Shown here one piece after another: positions 18,639 through 29,700 of a DNA stretch of 64,000 nt. The DNA lies in assembly GCA_965205015.1 (NCBI GenBank), contig OZ242029.1, positions 832,001-896,000 on the forward strand, read 5' to 3'. Made by a program: the position numbers and the translations under genes. The notes beneath the pieces were generated by a model, which was given only the letters and a program-made list of their open reading frames with translations, was not told the origin of the DNA and searched no databases. Positions within the stretch are counted from its first letter, which is position 1, and the number at the start of each line of letters is the position of its first letter. Source of the stretch: Candidatus Poribacteria bacterium (GTDB lineage: Bacteria; Poribacteria; WGA-4E; WGA-3G).

Positions 18639-19517
18639 ATGCCGAAACGCGTTAATAAAGCGATTGAATTGTTAGCAGACGACCTGCCTGTCTTCTATAC
18701 GGGCAGTCACACGGGCGCGAACCTGAACTATGACGCGGGTCGCGCGATGGCAAAAACTTGGGCAGACTACATCAATGTCGGCATGGAGCATGGGAGCTTC
18801 GATCTCGCGGGATTGGATAGTTTCATGCGTGGACTCGCTGACGGCGGTCCCACCAATAGCGGACACCAAACCCCGGCTATTATTGTTGAATTGCCAGTAG
18901 ATGGCATCAGCGCAGATGTGATTCGCGCCAACGGTTGGCAGATGCGGCAACTCCTTGCACGCGGTGTGCACGGCTTGCTGCTGTGTCACGCTGAATCCCC
19001 AGAAGCCGTCAAAGCGTTTGTTGAAGCATGCCGTTATCCATTCCAGACGATCGGCGTTGGCACACAATTGGATGTCGGAAGACGCGGCTCCGCCGGACAA
19101 GGTTCCGCTGCACCGATCTGGGGCATCTCCGTTGACAAATACCTGGATGTCGCTGATCCATGGCCCCTGAACCCGGACGGTGAACTGCTCTTGGGTCTCA
19201 AATTCGAAAACAAGCGCGCGTTAGCGAACGTCGAGATCACGGCACAGGTCCCCGGAATCGCCTTCGCCGAATGGGGTCCGGGTGACATGAGTATGTCATT
19301 TGGCTACAAGAATGCACCGAGCCCACGTCCACAGGAATTGGAAGATGCCCGGAATCGCGTCTTTGCGGCGTGCAAATCCGCCGGTATCGCATTTTTGGAA
19401 AGCACTTCACCCGATACAATTGAGGCGAGCATCGACGCGGGTGTCAGGATCACCGGTGGCGGCGAAGAAGCTGCACGCATCGGAAGGGCGTACGCCGGTA
19501 GAACAATGCCTGTCTAA
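18639..19517 (+). CDS. HpcH/HpaI aldolase/citrate lyase family protein
   Basis: MEHG, LLARGVHG, ACRYP, GPGDMSMSFG; TAAGGAG RBS. Confidence 0.85.
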   Translation: MPKRVNKAIELLADDLPVFYTGSHTGANLNYDAGRAMAKTWADYINVGMEHGSFDLAGLDSFMRGLADGGPTNSGHQTPAIIVELPVDGISADVIRANGWQMRQLLARGVHGLLLCHAESPEAVKAFVEACRYPFQTIGVGTQLDVGRRGSAGQGSAAPIWGISVDKYLDVADPWPLNPDGELLLGLKFENKRALANVEITAQVPGIAFAEWGPGDMSMSFGYKNAPSPRPQELEDARNRVFAACKSAGIAFLESTSPDTIEASIDAGVRITGGGEEAARIGRAYAGRTMPV

Positions 19518-19562
19518 AACCTACTTGTAAACCAAGATCCAAAACACCAAGTCTGAAACATG

Positions 19563-19673
19563 GTAGGGGTGCGGGGATTCAGTCTGGGAATAGACTGGAT
19601 TTCGTCTGGGAATAGACTAAATCCGTTCCTTGTATTACATTTCCGTTCCTTGTACTACATTCCCAACCCCTAC
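19563..19673. repeat. GTAG REP with nested tandem repeats
   Basis: GTAGGGG...CCCCTAC encloses two copies of GTCTGGGAATAGACT and two of TCCGTTCCTTGTA(T/C)TACATT. Confidence 0.65.
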
Positions 19674-19744
19674 AGTAGGGAACTCCATATAAAGGCACGT
19701 CAAGTCCTCAACCTACACCACTTAACCGCAAGGAAAATTAAAAA

Positions 19745-20479
19745 ATGGCATTAACAGAGCAGGAAATGTTGGCAGAATTGCGCAAATATGATACGCCTTC
19801 AATTACAAACGTGGTTGCCACCTATCCGGGGAGTCCCCATTGCCTTGGACTCTACAACCCGTGGACAGAGAATTGGTATACGGATACAACGATCCGCTGT
19901 ATGTATCCTGAGCTTGGAGCCATCGCAGGTTATGCGGTGACGTGCGTCTACAGCGTACCGGATCCGAACTACTCGGAACTCTCCTTTATGGATGTCATCG
20001 ATGCACTCGGTGCCTCCAAACAACCGACAATCTTCGCATTTGAGCAGAAGTTCCCGCCTGAGCTCGCCAATAAGGTCGGTTTAGCAGGCGGCAACATGAC
20101 AGCGGCGATGAAATCAGTCGGCTGCTTAGGTGCCATTTCAAACGGACCCTCACGCGATATTGACGAAATCCGTCCAATGGAATTTCAGTATCTGTTAAGC
20201 GGCATTACACCCGGACACGGCGCGATGGCGGTTCAGGCTGTCAACGTCCCCGTCTCAATAGGCGGCATGGATGTCGCGCCCGGCGAAATTATCCACATGG
20301 ACGAGAACGGCGCGTGCAAGTTCCCAGGCGATCAGTTGGAGGCGGTCCTGACAAACGTCAAGGCGTTGCTTAAAGAAGAGGGGGATCGGATAGGGAAACT
20401 GCTCTCGGGTCCCAAAACAGCGAAACAGGTCCGGGCAATTTTCAGTGGACACTCTTACGCGGAAGACGAGGAAGAATAG
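19745..20479 (+). CDS. RraA/HMG-CHA aldolase family protein
   Basis: GYAVT, GGNM, GPSRDIDEI, PGEIIHMDENG. Confidence 0.85.
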   Translation: MALTEQEMLAELRKYDTPSITNVVATYPGSPHCLGLYNPWTENWYTDTTIRCMYPELGAIAGYAVTCVYSVPDPNYSELSFMDVIDALGASKQPTIFAFEQKFPPELANKVGLAGGNMTAAMKSVGCLGAISNGPSRDIDEIRPMEFQYLLSGITPGHGAMAVQAVNVPVSIGGMDVAPGEIIHMDENGACKFPGDQLEAVLTNVKALLKEEGDRIGKLLSGPKTAKQVRAIFSGHSYAEDEEE

Positions 20480-20502
20480 CGGTTTTCTTTACGGAGGCAC
20501 GC

Positions 20503-21108
20503 ATGGCATCCGCTGCAGCACAAACCTCTCTGACACCTGAAGAATACCTCGCTTTTGAACGCAAAGCGACGACGAAACATGAATACCTCAACGGACAGAT
20601 CGTCGCAATGTCCGGCGCAAGTCGCGAGCATAATCTCATCGCTGGCAACATGTTTAATGGGCTTTACACCCAATTGATAGATGGCGCGTGTGAAACTTAC
20701 ATCAGCGAAATGCGCGTGAAAAATCATCAAACACACTCCTATACATATCCAGATATCGTTGTTGTCTGTGATGAACCGCGCTTTGAGGATGATGTTTTCG
20801 ATACGTTGCTTAATCCGATTGTGCTTATTGAAGTGCTTTCGCCATCTACCGAGGCGTATGATAGAGGCGAGAAATTCGCACACTATCGGCAAATTACTTC
20901 TTTGCAAGAATACGTCCTTGTTTCACAGGATCGGATGCGTGTGGAGCACTATCTTCGGCAAGGGACCCAGTGGCTCCTCACTGAATTTTGTGGACTTCAG
21001 GAAGTGCTGTCCCTCGTTTCAATTGGCTGTGAACTCCGTTTGTCGGATATTTATAGACGCATCACATTTTCTGAGGAGTCCACCCCTTCAACAGAAGTCG
21101 GGGAGTAA
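20503..21108 (+). CDS. Uma2 (DUF820) family endonuclease-fold protein
   Basis: HEYLNGQIVAM, YPDIVV, IEVLSPSTEAYDRGEKF. Confidence 0.92.
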   Translation: MASAAAQTSLTPEEYLAFERKATTKHEYLNGQIVAMSGASREHNLIAGNMFNGLYTQLIDGACETYISEMRVKNHQTHSYTYPDIVVVCDEPRFEDDVFDTLLNPIVLIEVLSPSTEAYDRGEKFAHYRQITSLQEYVLVSQDRMRVEHYLRQGTQWLLTEFCGLQEVLSLVSIGCELRLSDIYRRITFSEESTPSTEVGE

Positions 21109-21111
21109 ATT

Positions 21112-21690
21112 ATGGCATCCGCTGCAGCACAAACTTACCTGTCCCCTGAAGAATACCTCGCTTTTGAACGCAAGGCGACGACGAAACACGAATATCTGAA
21201 TGGACAGATCGTCGCAATGTCCGGCGCAAGCTTCGCGCATAATTTCATCACGGTGAACATAGCAACTTCTCTTAACGTTCAATTGATGGAAGGGGAATGT
21301 CGAGTCGCCACCAGTGATATGCGGGTGAAGGTTACGCAAATAAATTCCTATTTTTACCCCGATGTCGTCGTTGTTTGCGGTGAGCCGCGTGCTGAAGATG
21401 ATACTTTTGACACCCTTCTGAATCCAACGCTCATCGTGGAAGTGCTTTCTCCATCAACGGAAGGTTACGATAGAGGGGAGAAATTTGAGCATTACCAGCA
21501 AATTGCTTCCTTAAAAGATTACATTCTCATCTCCCAAGACGAGATTCGCGTTGAACATTACCGTCGTCAAGAGTCCGAGTGGCTGCGGAGCGAGTTTCGG
21601 GAACTTGAGGATGTCCTATCGCTTCTTTCTATAAACTGTGAACTCCGTTTGCAAGATGTCTACAGACGCGTCGAGATCGCTTCGGGTTAA
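21112..21690 (+). CDS. Uma2 (DUF820) family protein, tandem paralog
   Basis: Same motifs; the first ~39 codons are nearly identical to the 20503 gene. Confidence 0.92.
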   Translation: MASAAAQTYLSPEEYLAFERKATTKHEYLNGQIVAMSGASFAHNFITVNIATSLNVQLMEGECRVATSDMRVKVTQINSYFYPDVVVVCGEPRAEDDTFDTLLNPTLIVEVLSPSTEGYDRGEKFEHYQQIASLKDYILISQDEIRVEHYRRQESEWLRSEFRELEDVLSLLSINCELRLQDVYRRVEIASG

Positions 21691-21700
21691 TCCTAAAAAT

Positions 21701-21729
21701 TTGAAATAAGTAGCAACTTGGGGTATAAT
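21701..21729 (+). promoter_or_regulatory. sigma70 promoter of tyrS
   Basis: TTGAAA-N17-TATAAT. Confidence 0.65.
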
Positions 21730-21824
21730 AATGTCGGATGAGAATATTCCAGTAGGAAATCCTTTCCCCAATTTCTGCATTAATGAATAGAACCAAGCAC
21801 ACTTAAATCATAACAGGACAAAAA

Positions 21825-23099
21825 ATGGATAACGTCTTCGAGGAACTGAATAAACGGGGTTTTATCAAACAGACCACAAAGGCTGAACAGGTGACACGCC
21901 TGTTAGGTGAAGAACAGGTCACTTACTACGTCGGCTTCGATCCGACAGCATCGAGTCTGCATGTCGGGAGCCTGGTCCCGATAATGGCGATGGCACACCT
22001 GCAACGCGCCGGGCATAAACCGATTGCAATTATCGGGGGCGGCACGACAATGATTGGCGACCCAACGGACAAGACTGAAATGCGTCCAATGTTGTCGCAG
22101 GAACAAATCTCAACCAACGGTAAAGGCATCCTATCGCAGTTGCAACGTTACTTAAATCTTGATGACGGCATAGCAAATAATGAGGGATCCCAGTCTGGAT
22201 CAAAAACCGGAGGGTTTCTTAACAACGCCGACTGGCTGCTATCTGTAAACTATATCGAATTCCTACGCGACATCGGCAAACACTTCCGGGTGAATGAAAT
22301 GATTAAGGCAGAAGGCTACCGACAACGTCTTGACCGTGAACTCGGACTTTCATTCCTCGAATTTAACTATCAACTGCTCCAAGCATACGATTATTTATAT
22401 CTTTTTCAGAAGTACGGGTGCCGTCTCCAACTCGGTGGGGACGACCAGTGGGGCAATATTCTTGCAGGTGTTGATCTCGTCCGTCGCGTCGAAGGTGAAC
22501 GCGTCCACGCCGTCACTTTTCCGCTACTCACGACAGCGAGCGGCGCGAAGATGGGAAAAACCGCAGGCGGTGCAGTTTGGCTCGATGCACAACGGACATC
22601 CCCGTATGAATTTTATCAATACTGGATCAATGTCGACGACCGCGATGTCTCCCGATTTTTAGCGTATTTCACCTTCCTTCCAATGGACGAGATTCGACGC
22701 CTCGGTAACTTGGAAGATGAAGCGATTCGGGAGGCAAAGGAAGTCCTCGCGTATGAAACCACAACACTTGCCCACGGAAAGGCAGAGGCAGACAAAGCGC
22801 AAGCAACATCACGCGCCGCGTTTGGGGGTGGGAACCTTGATGAAGTCGCAATGCCGACTTCGGTTATCGCACCAGAACGACTCGCCAGCGGGATTCCGAT
22901 CATGGAACTCTTCCATGAAGTCGGGTTAGCAAATTCACGGAGTGAAGCGCGGCGGCTCGTCCAGCAGGGAGGCGCCTACATCAACGAAAAACAGTACCGG
23001 GCGATAGATACGGTTGTTGGTAGCGACCTGCTTGAGGAGAATGCTTTGCTCCTCCGCGCTGGAAAGAAACGTTACCACCGCATTATTATTGAAAATTAA
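21825..23099 (+). CDS. tyrS: Tyrosine--tRNA ligase
   Basis: YVGFDPTA.SLHVGS, QLGGDDQWGN, KMGKT, C-terminal S4 domain ending AGKK. Confidence 0.97.
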   Translation: MDNVFEELNKRGFIKQTTKAEQVTRLLGEEQVTYYVGFDPTASSLHVGSLVPIMAMAHLQRAGHKPIAIIGGGTTMIGDPTDKTEMRPMLSQEQISTNGKGILSQLQRYLNLDDGIANNEGSQSGSKTGGFLNNADWLLSVNYIEFLRDIGKHFRVNEMIKAEGYRQRLDRELGLSFLEFNYQLLQAYDYLYLFQKYGCRLQLGGDDQWGNILAGVDLVRRVEGERVHAVTFPLLTTASGAKMGKTAGGAVWLDAQRTSPYEFYQYWINVDDRDVSRFLAYFTFLPMDEIRRLGNLEDEAIREAKEVLAYETTTLAHGKAEADKAQATSRAAFGGGNLDEVAMPTSVIAPERLASGIPIMELFHEVGLANSRSEARRLVQQGGAYINEKQYRAIDTVVGSDLLEENALLLRAGKKRYHRIIIEN

Positions 23100-23208
23100 T
23101 TATAACTATAGAAATTCTTACAGACGCGCTTTCGAGCGTATATCATCATAAAATGGTTATCAGTGTGTTTTGTTTGGGCGTATTGACAACCAAAGGGGTA
23201 CTACGAGT

Positions 23209-26200
23209 ATGACGATTGATAATCCGAACGGGGTTGAGGAAGAGGCAACCTCTCCAAAGCATTATAGCGGAGGTAATCGGGTGGGACTCACTTTCACACC
23301 CTATTTTACCACGCCCGGCGTTCATCCCTACGACTTGTTGGACTGGGAACGCCGTGACGCGGTCATTTACAATGAAAAGGGTGATGTCATCTTTAAACAG
23401 GAACAGGTTGAAGTACCGACAGACTGGACGCAGCTCGCGACAGATATTGCATCATCAAAATATTTCCGAAAAGCCGGAGTACCCGGCGCAGCATCGGAGG
23501 ACAGTGTTCGCCAATTGGTTACCCGTGTGGCGCGTACGCTTCGTCGCGCCGGCGAAGAATTCGGCGGGTATTTTGCGACGCCTGAAGACGCAGAGATGTT
23601 TGAGATGGAATTGACGCATATCCTCGTTACACAACGGGGCGCTTTCAATTCGCCTGTTTGGTTTAACTGCGGCTTGTGGCATGAATATCATATCGAGGGG
23701 GGCGGCGGCAACTATTATTGGGACAGAGACGCACAGGCAGTCAAGGTCACTACCAACGCGTATGAACACCCGCAAAATTCCGCCTGCTTCATCCAAAGCG
23801 TTGAAGATTCTCTGGACTCTATGTTGGAACTCCAGAGAGCCGAAGTGCGTCTCTTTAAATATGGCAGTGGTACAGGCTCCAACTTCAGCAAAGTTCGTGC
23901 AAAGGGTGAACTCCTCTCCGGCGGTGGTGAGAGTTCCGGCGTCCTCTCATTCCTCGAAGGCTTCGATCGGTGGGCAGGCAGTATCAAATCTGGGGGCACC
24001 ACAAGACGCGCAGCCAAAATGGTTATCCTCGACATGGATCACCCAGAAATCGCTGACTATATCGACTGGAAACTCAGAGAAGAGAATAAAGCGAAAGCAC
24101 TCATCGCCGCAGGATACCCCGCCGATTTCAATGGGGAGGCATACAGCACTGTCAGCGGACAGAACAGCAACAACTCCGTCCGGATTCCAGATGATTTCAT
24201 GAGTGCCTACTTACAGGGAGATTCATGGAAAACGACGTACCGCACAAGTGGTGAAGTCGCCGATGAGTATGACGCCAGAACACTGATGGAAAAGATCGCC
24301 TATGCCGCTTGGGCATGCGCAGATCCGGGGGTCCAGTTTGACAGCACAATTCAGAAATGGCATACCTGTAAAAACACGGGCAGAATTAACGCAAGTAATC
24401 CGTGCAGTGAATACCTCTTCTTAGACGATTCTGCCTGTAACCTCGCCAGTATTAACCTTGCCAAATTCTTGAGAGATGATAACACCTTTGATATTGAGGG
24501 TTTCCGCGCGACCGTTCGTGTGTTCGCCACTGCGATGGAAATCATCGTAGATCTCTCCTCATACCCAACCGAAGGTATAGCACAGCGTTCTCATGAATAT
24601 CGTCCCCTCGGACTCGGTTATGCGAACTTGGGCGCACTCTTGATGCGTTTAGGGATTCCTTACGACAGCGACCAAGCGTATGCCTACGCCGGTGCGATTA
24701 CTGCCATCCTGAGTGGTAAAGGGTATCAAACAAGTGCCGAAATTGCGGGGAGCATGGGTCCTTTTGCGGGGTACGCGAAGAATAGCGACTCAATGTTAGA
24801 CGTCATGCGGATGCACCGCGATGCTGCCTACAGTATCGATCCGACAGCATGTCCCCCCGACCTTTTGGATGCTGCACAAGCGGACTGGGATACCTGTGTT
24901 GAAAAGGGAGAACGTTGGGGGTATCGGAATTCCCAAATCAGTGTTATCGCTCCAACGGGAACCATCTCTTTCCTGATGGATTGCGATACGACAGGGATTG
25001 AACCGGAGTTCGCTCTCGTTAAATTCAAGAAGTTGGCAGGCGGCGGGTATATGAAAATTGTCAACCAGAGCGTCCGCGATGCCTTGCACAACTTAGATTA
25101 CACACTCCAGCAAACTGAGGCTATCATTAAGTATCTCATCGGAACGGGCACTTTTGAAGGGACACCGCACATCAATGCGGATACATTGAAACGGAAAGGC
25201 TTCACACTGGAAGATATCGCCCGCGTTGCGGAGATGTTACCGAGTGCCTTCGACCTGAACCTCGCCTTCGCACCCGGCTTTCTCGGAGAAGCCTGTCTTG
25301 AGCGGTTGGGTATCACCGAAGAAGAAGCAGCAGATCCGAGTTTTGACCTTCTCTCTGCAATTGGATTTAGTGAAGATGAAATTAGTATTGCTGAAGAAGT
25401 CATCTGTGGTACAGGCACGGTTGAGGGCGCGCCGCACCTCTCACCGACGCACTATGCCGTTTTCGATTGCGCCGTCCAGTGTGGGAAGCACGGAACGCGT
25501 TACATAAAGCACATGGGACCGCTGAAAATGATGGCAGCTGTGCAACCCTTCATCTCTGGTGCTATCTCCAAGACCGTCAACGTCCCGCACGACGCAACGG
25601 TAGATGACATCAAAACGTTATACGTGGAAGCGTGGCGGCGCGGTGTCAAATGTCTCGCCGTTTATCGGGATGGTAGCAAAGGTAGCCAACCGCTTTCAAC
25701 CCGAAGCCAACAGGATGCGGAGAGTGAAACCGATGAGACTATCGCCGATACGCTCACTGAACGTCCCATCAGGAAGCGTCTCTCTGACACGCGTTCCTCT
25801 CTGACCCACAAATTTAGCGTTGGGGGTCATGAAGGCTACATCCATGTTGGATTCTATGAAGACGGTAGCCCCGGAGAAGTCTTCCTCCGCATGAGTAAAG
25901 AAGGCACTGCCGTCTCTGGACTGATGGACTCTGTCGCGGTCCTCACCTCTATTGCGTTGCAGTACGGCGTGCCGTTAGAGTCGCTCGTTAATAAGTTCAG
26001 CCATGTCCGGTTTGAACCGTCAGGCTTTACATCTAACCCTGACATTCCGATGGCGAAGTCGATTATAGATTACGTTTTCCGGTGGCTCGGCACACAGTTC
26101 CTCACGCAGGAACCACAAGCCGGGAACATGATAGATATGGATGAAGAGATGGTACCCCCTGAGGAACTCCATCCCTACGGACACGGGAGTAACGGTGAAA

Positions 26201-26343
26201 CGGATTCATGGTCGGCGCATGAGAAGCAGGTCGTTCTCGAATATGCGGATGCACCGCCCTGTCTCGAGTGCGGTGCCCTGATGATGAGAAGCGGGGTCTG
26301 CTATCGCTGCGCAAACTGCGGCGCAACGAGTGGATGCTCCTAA
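23209..26343 (+). CDS. nrdJ: Adenosylcobalamin-dependent (class II) ribonucleotide reductase with TSCPD and C-terminal Cys cluster
   Basis: FNSPVWFN, SACFI, SNPCSEY, IAPTGTI, GAISKTVN, YRDGSK; C-terminal CxxC...CxxC...GCS. Confidence 0.95.
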   Translation: MTIDNPNGVEEEATSPKHYSGGNRVGLTFTPYFTTPGVHPYDLLDWERRDAVIYNEKGDVIFKQEQVEVPTDWTQLATDIASSKYFRKAGVPGAASEDSVRQLVTRVARTLRRAGEEFGGYFATPEDAEMFEMELTHILVTQRGAFNSPVWFNCGLWHEYHIEGGGGNYYWDRDAQAVKVTTNAYEHPQNSACFIQSVEDSLDSMLELQRAEVRLFKYGSGTGSNFSKVRAKGELLSGGGESSGVLSFLEGFDRWAGSIKSGGTTRRAAKMVILDMDHPEIADYIDWKLREENKAKALIAAGYPADFNGEAYSTVSGQNSNNSVRIPDDFMSAYLQGDSWKTTYRTSGEVADEYDARTLMEKIAYAAWACADPGVQFDSTIQKWHTCKNTGRINASNPCSEYLFLDDSACNLASINLAKFLRDDNTFDIEGFRATVRVFATAMEIIVDLSSYPTEGIAQRSHEYRPLGLGYANLGALLMRLGIPYDSDQAYAYAGAITAILSGKGYQTSAEIAGSMGPFAGYAKNSDSMLDVMRMHRDAAYSIDPTACPPDLLDAAQADWDTCVEKGERWGYRNSQISVIAPTGTISFLMDCDTTGIEPEFALVKFKKLAGGGYMKIVNQSVRDALHNLDYTLQQTEAIIKYLIGTGTFEGTPHINADTLKRKGFTLEDIARVAEMLPSAFDLNLAFAPGFLGEACLERLGITEEEAADPSFDLLSAIGFSEDEISIAEEVICGTGTVEGAPHLSPTHYAVFDCAVQCGKHGTRYIKHMGPLKMMAAVQPFISGAISKTVNVPHDATVDDIKTLYVEAWRRGVKCLAVYRDGSKGSQPLSTRSQQDAESETDETIADTLTERPIRKRLSDTRSSLTHKFSVGGHEGYIHVGFYEDGSPGEVFLRMSKEGTAVSGLMDSVAVLTSIALQYGVPLESLVNKFSHVRFEPSGFTSNPDIPMAKSIIDYVFRWLGTQFLTQEPQAGNMIDMDEEMVPPEELHPYGHGSNGETDSWSAHEKQVVLEYADAPPCLECGALMMRSGVCYRCANCGATSGCS

Positions 26344-26403
26344 TCTCTTTCGTAGCCGTCAGCCATCAGCAGTCGGCAGTCAGTTTCCAAAGATCATTAC
26401 GGC

Positions 26404-26447
26404 CCACACGCCGCTGGCGAGGTTTCAAACCTCGCCAGCAAAGGATG
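26404..26447. repeat. REP-like hairpin, second copy at ~40955-40998
   Basis: GCTGGCGAGGTTTCAAACCTCGCCAGC stem-loop followed by AAAGGATG in both copies. Confidence 0.7.
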
Positions 26448-26709
26448 AGGATAAACCGAATTATGCAAAACAGACCCAGCATTAAATTGCTTGCGCCTCA
26501 ACAGAAACGTCCGTTCGGTGCTGTAGGTTCACCAAAGCGTGATACCGTTAGCACAAGACTAACAAGCATTCCTACCTGCCCCCCCCCACTTCACACCCGT
26601 TAAGCGCGCCTTTACAGAAAACTTCATACAACTCGAACAACGGTTGCGGCTGCCTCCGTTTTTCCGCGCCTGCATGCCCTTCGGCGTATGTAAGGGATTT
26701 TTTTATCCT

Positions 26710-29700
26710 ATGAAGACAAAACTTTTCCCTCTGTTTCTCATAGGTGTCCTTCTCCTTCTCGTCCCGCTGCGTCAGGCGAGCTCTCAGAACGTGAACGTTC
26801 CTGATGCCAATTTAAGAGCGGCAATAGAGAGCGCGCTCTCTCTCAGTGCAGGTGACCCTATCACAGAAACAGCGATGGCGGGGTTGACAACACTGACAGC
26901 AAGCGGCGTGGGCGTGGAAGACCTCACCGGATTGGAATACGCGACAGGGCTACAGCATTTGGATCTCTCTTCCAACCCAATTACGGACATCAGCATCCTT
27001 ACACAAACCAACTTTCCGAATCTGAAGTCCTTAGACATAACGGATACATGGGTTCGGGATTTCTCGGCAATTGATGGAGAATATTGGACCAGGAAGTTTA
27101 ATGAGGATCAATCTAACAACAGACTATATATATGCAGTAATGCCTTAGAAAATTGGGATTACGATGGTAACAATGATGGCGATCCCCTGGGTAAAATTGA
27201 TCTGCAGACTTTTGATTGGATTGATCCGGCGGACTGGACGGCGAGCGATAGGGAGAGGATCAAGGAGCAACTCGAAAAACCTACCTGTGCGCCTGTGTTT
27301 ACACTGACCGGGGACGACACATCCGTTAGGTTAGTGGTCGATGCCGATGCAGACCTGCTGGGAACCAGAGGGACCGTAACCTACGTCTACCGTTATCGGA
27401 AGAGTGGTGAGAGCTGGCCCGACACGAGTACGGATACATTGACCCCTCTGTGGACAGGTGGTTTTCCTCATGCTACTCCACCGGGTGAAGACATGGAACC
27501 AAACTATCAAGGTGTTATTGAGCCCACACAGGTTGGCGAGGGCGGGCCCGAATATGCCGCTGACATCACGGGACTTGATCCGAGTGCCGTATACCATTTC
27601 CAAGTGTTCGGTTCCGTTTTCGCTCCGGGCAGCCCGAATCGTCAGATCTATCCACCCGGGAGTGAAGTAAAATGCTGGTCTACATCAGACCAATCAGTCG
27701 TAGACTGTCCGGAGGACCCGCCCCCCACGACAAGCATCCCTCACGGACTGACGGTACTGACGGTGACGTTTGCGGACTACCCTGAAGAGAAACCAGTTGA
27801 TGAATTGACGCTCACGATCAGATTCTCCGAACCCGTCATCGGTTTCGAGAAAGAGGACATCACGGTAGAGACAGAACTCACCAGCGGGAAAGGGGACGCA
27901 ACCGTGACAGACTTGACCCCCGAAACACCAATACACCCCGATAGACCCGACCCTGACCCCATACAGACCTACACCGCAACCGTGGCACTCCCCGACCGCG
28001 CAAGAGGCACCGTGACACTCATCGTCCGAGCAGATGCCGCAACCAACCCAACGGAGACGAGAGGTCCCGCTTCAGATACCCCCTCCGACCCCATCGAGTT
28101 CGGACGCAGACGTGTGATCGTCTGTCCACCATCTGTCGTGCCTATGGAGACAGTCATCTTCAACGAGTTTCGAAATGCTGAAAACGATACACACGACTGG
28201 ATCGAACTGAAAAACATCTCCGATGAAGACGTCTCTCTCGCCGAATGGGAGATCAGTCTTGTCGTCCCGCACGCCATCAGTCCGGCGGCACCGCAACAGG
28301 AAATCTTCGCAATGGATCGGGAGGTCGTCGCCTTTGGAGACTATACACTCCCCGCAGGGGGTATCCTGCTGATCGTCAATACCCACCCCAGTGAGACGGA
28401 TCTGATACGCGGGCAGGACATCGAAAATCCCAACCGCAACCCCGATCTCCTCCCCCACTATCTCATCGCACCGGAGATGAAGTTGCCGAGTACCCCGTAT
28501 CTGATCATCCTCCGGAGTGTGCGCGATAAGAACGGTCAACACGAAGGCTTTGAAGACCTCGCAGGCGATTACCACAAAGACGATGTCAACTACGCTACCA
28601 ACATCTGGCCCCTGCTCTGTACCCCTGTCTATACCGGCACAGAGGCACGGTTCACCGTAGGCGACATCTATCAGCGGGTCATGGTGCCAAAGTTTTCGTC
28701 AAGAACCCTGGACACCACGCCACAGCCGGAGAAACGCGGCTACCTGGAGGGTGCCTGGATCTTGAGCGACTATCACAGCGGGTTAGGCTATGACCCCGAG
28801 GCACCCCCCGAAAAGAGTCTCGGCACGCCGGGGTATCCGCTGCCGGGACAACCGACTGAAAAGGGATGGGGAAACATCAGTTTTTCTGAGGTGATGTATG
28901 CGACGAACGATAACGGAGGACTCTCGCAGTGGATAGAACTCTATAACAACACCTCCGAGATCGTGGACCTCACGGATTGGGAGCTCATGATTGAGGCACG
29001 CGACAGCAAAACCGTCCGACGCTGGACATCGCTTCGATTCAAACCGCTACACATCAGACCGAACGCAACCGTGCTACTGGTGGGGCGGAACGCCCGAACC
29101 TCAGGGAACATCCCTGCCGATCGGATTTACGATCTCTACCGTCGCAACATTGCGGCGTTTCGGCGACTCGGCGAGGGTGCGAACCGATTCCTCGGATGGG
29201 AGGGGTTTGCGCTGCGGTTGTTCTCCCCCGACGGCACTTTGGTGGATGTGGCGGGGAACCTCGATGGACGACAAACGCACGATAAACCGAAGTGGGAGTT
29301 GCCCGACGGGTGGACGGAAACCGGGACGCGTACCTCGTTGATCCGGGGGTATGATGCGCGTGTGCCACGGTTAGGGACGCTGTCGGGCAGTTTCGTACGG
29401 GCGGCGGATACAGCGTTGCTCAAGGGATATTCGTATTGGGGACTTCCGAACGATAATGGGACCCCGGGGTATCGGCGGGGGAGTCCGTTGCCTGTAACGC
29501 TGTCGAGTGTGCGTGCGGATCGTGCCGAGGGTGGGGTTGTAGTGAACTGGACGACAGCATCGGAGATGGAGAACGCCGGGTTTCATGTGCTGCGAAGTCA
29601 ACACCGAGCGTCAGGGTTCCTACGCGTGTCTCCGAGCCTGATTGCGGGTGCCGGGACGACGGCGGAGCGACAGAATTATATCTATCGAGATACCACGGTA

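Noticed and set aside
19563-19673. Possible mini CRISPR array
   Set aside because: Only two copies of each repeat, spacers are far too short, and there are no cas genes.
21730-21824. T-box leader before tyrS
   Set aside because: The leader is under 100 nt and lacks the T-box consensus.
23100-23208. Cobalamin riboswitch or NrdR box before nrdJ
   Set aside because: No recognisable B12-box or NrdR palindrome in the short AT-rich spacer.
25080-25450. Intein in NrdJ
   Set aside because: No intein splice motifs (C/S start, HN end) or LAGLIDADG blocks; it reads as a normal subclass insertion.
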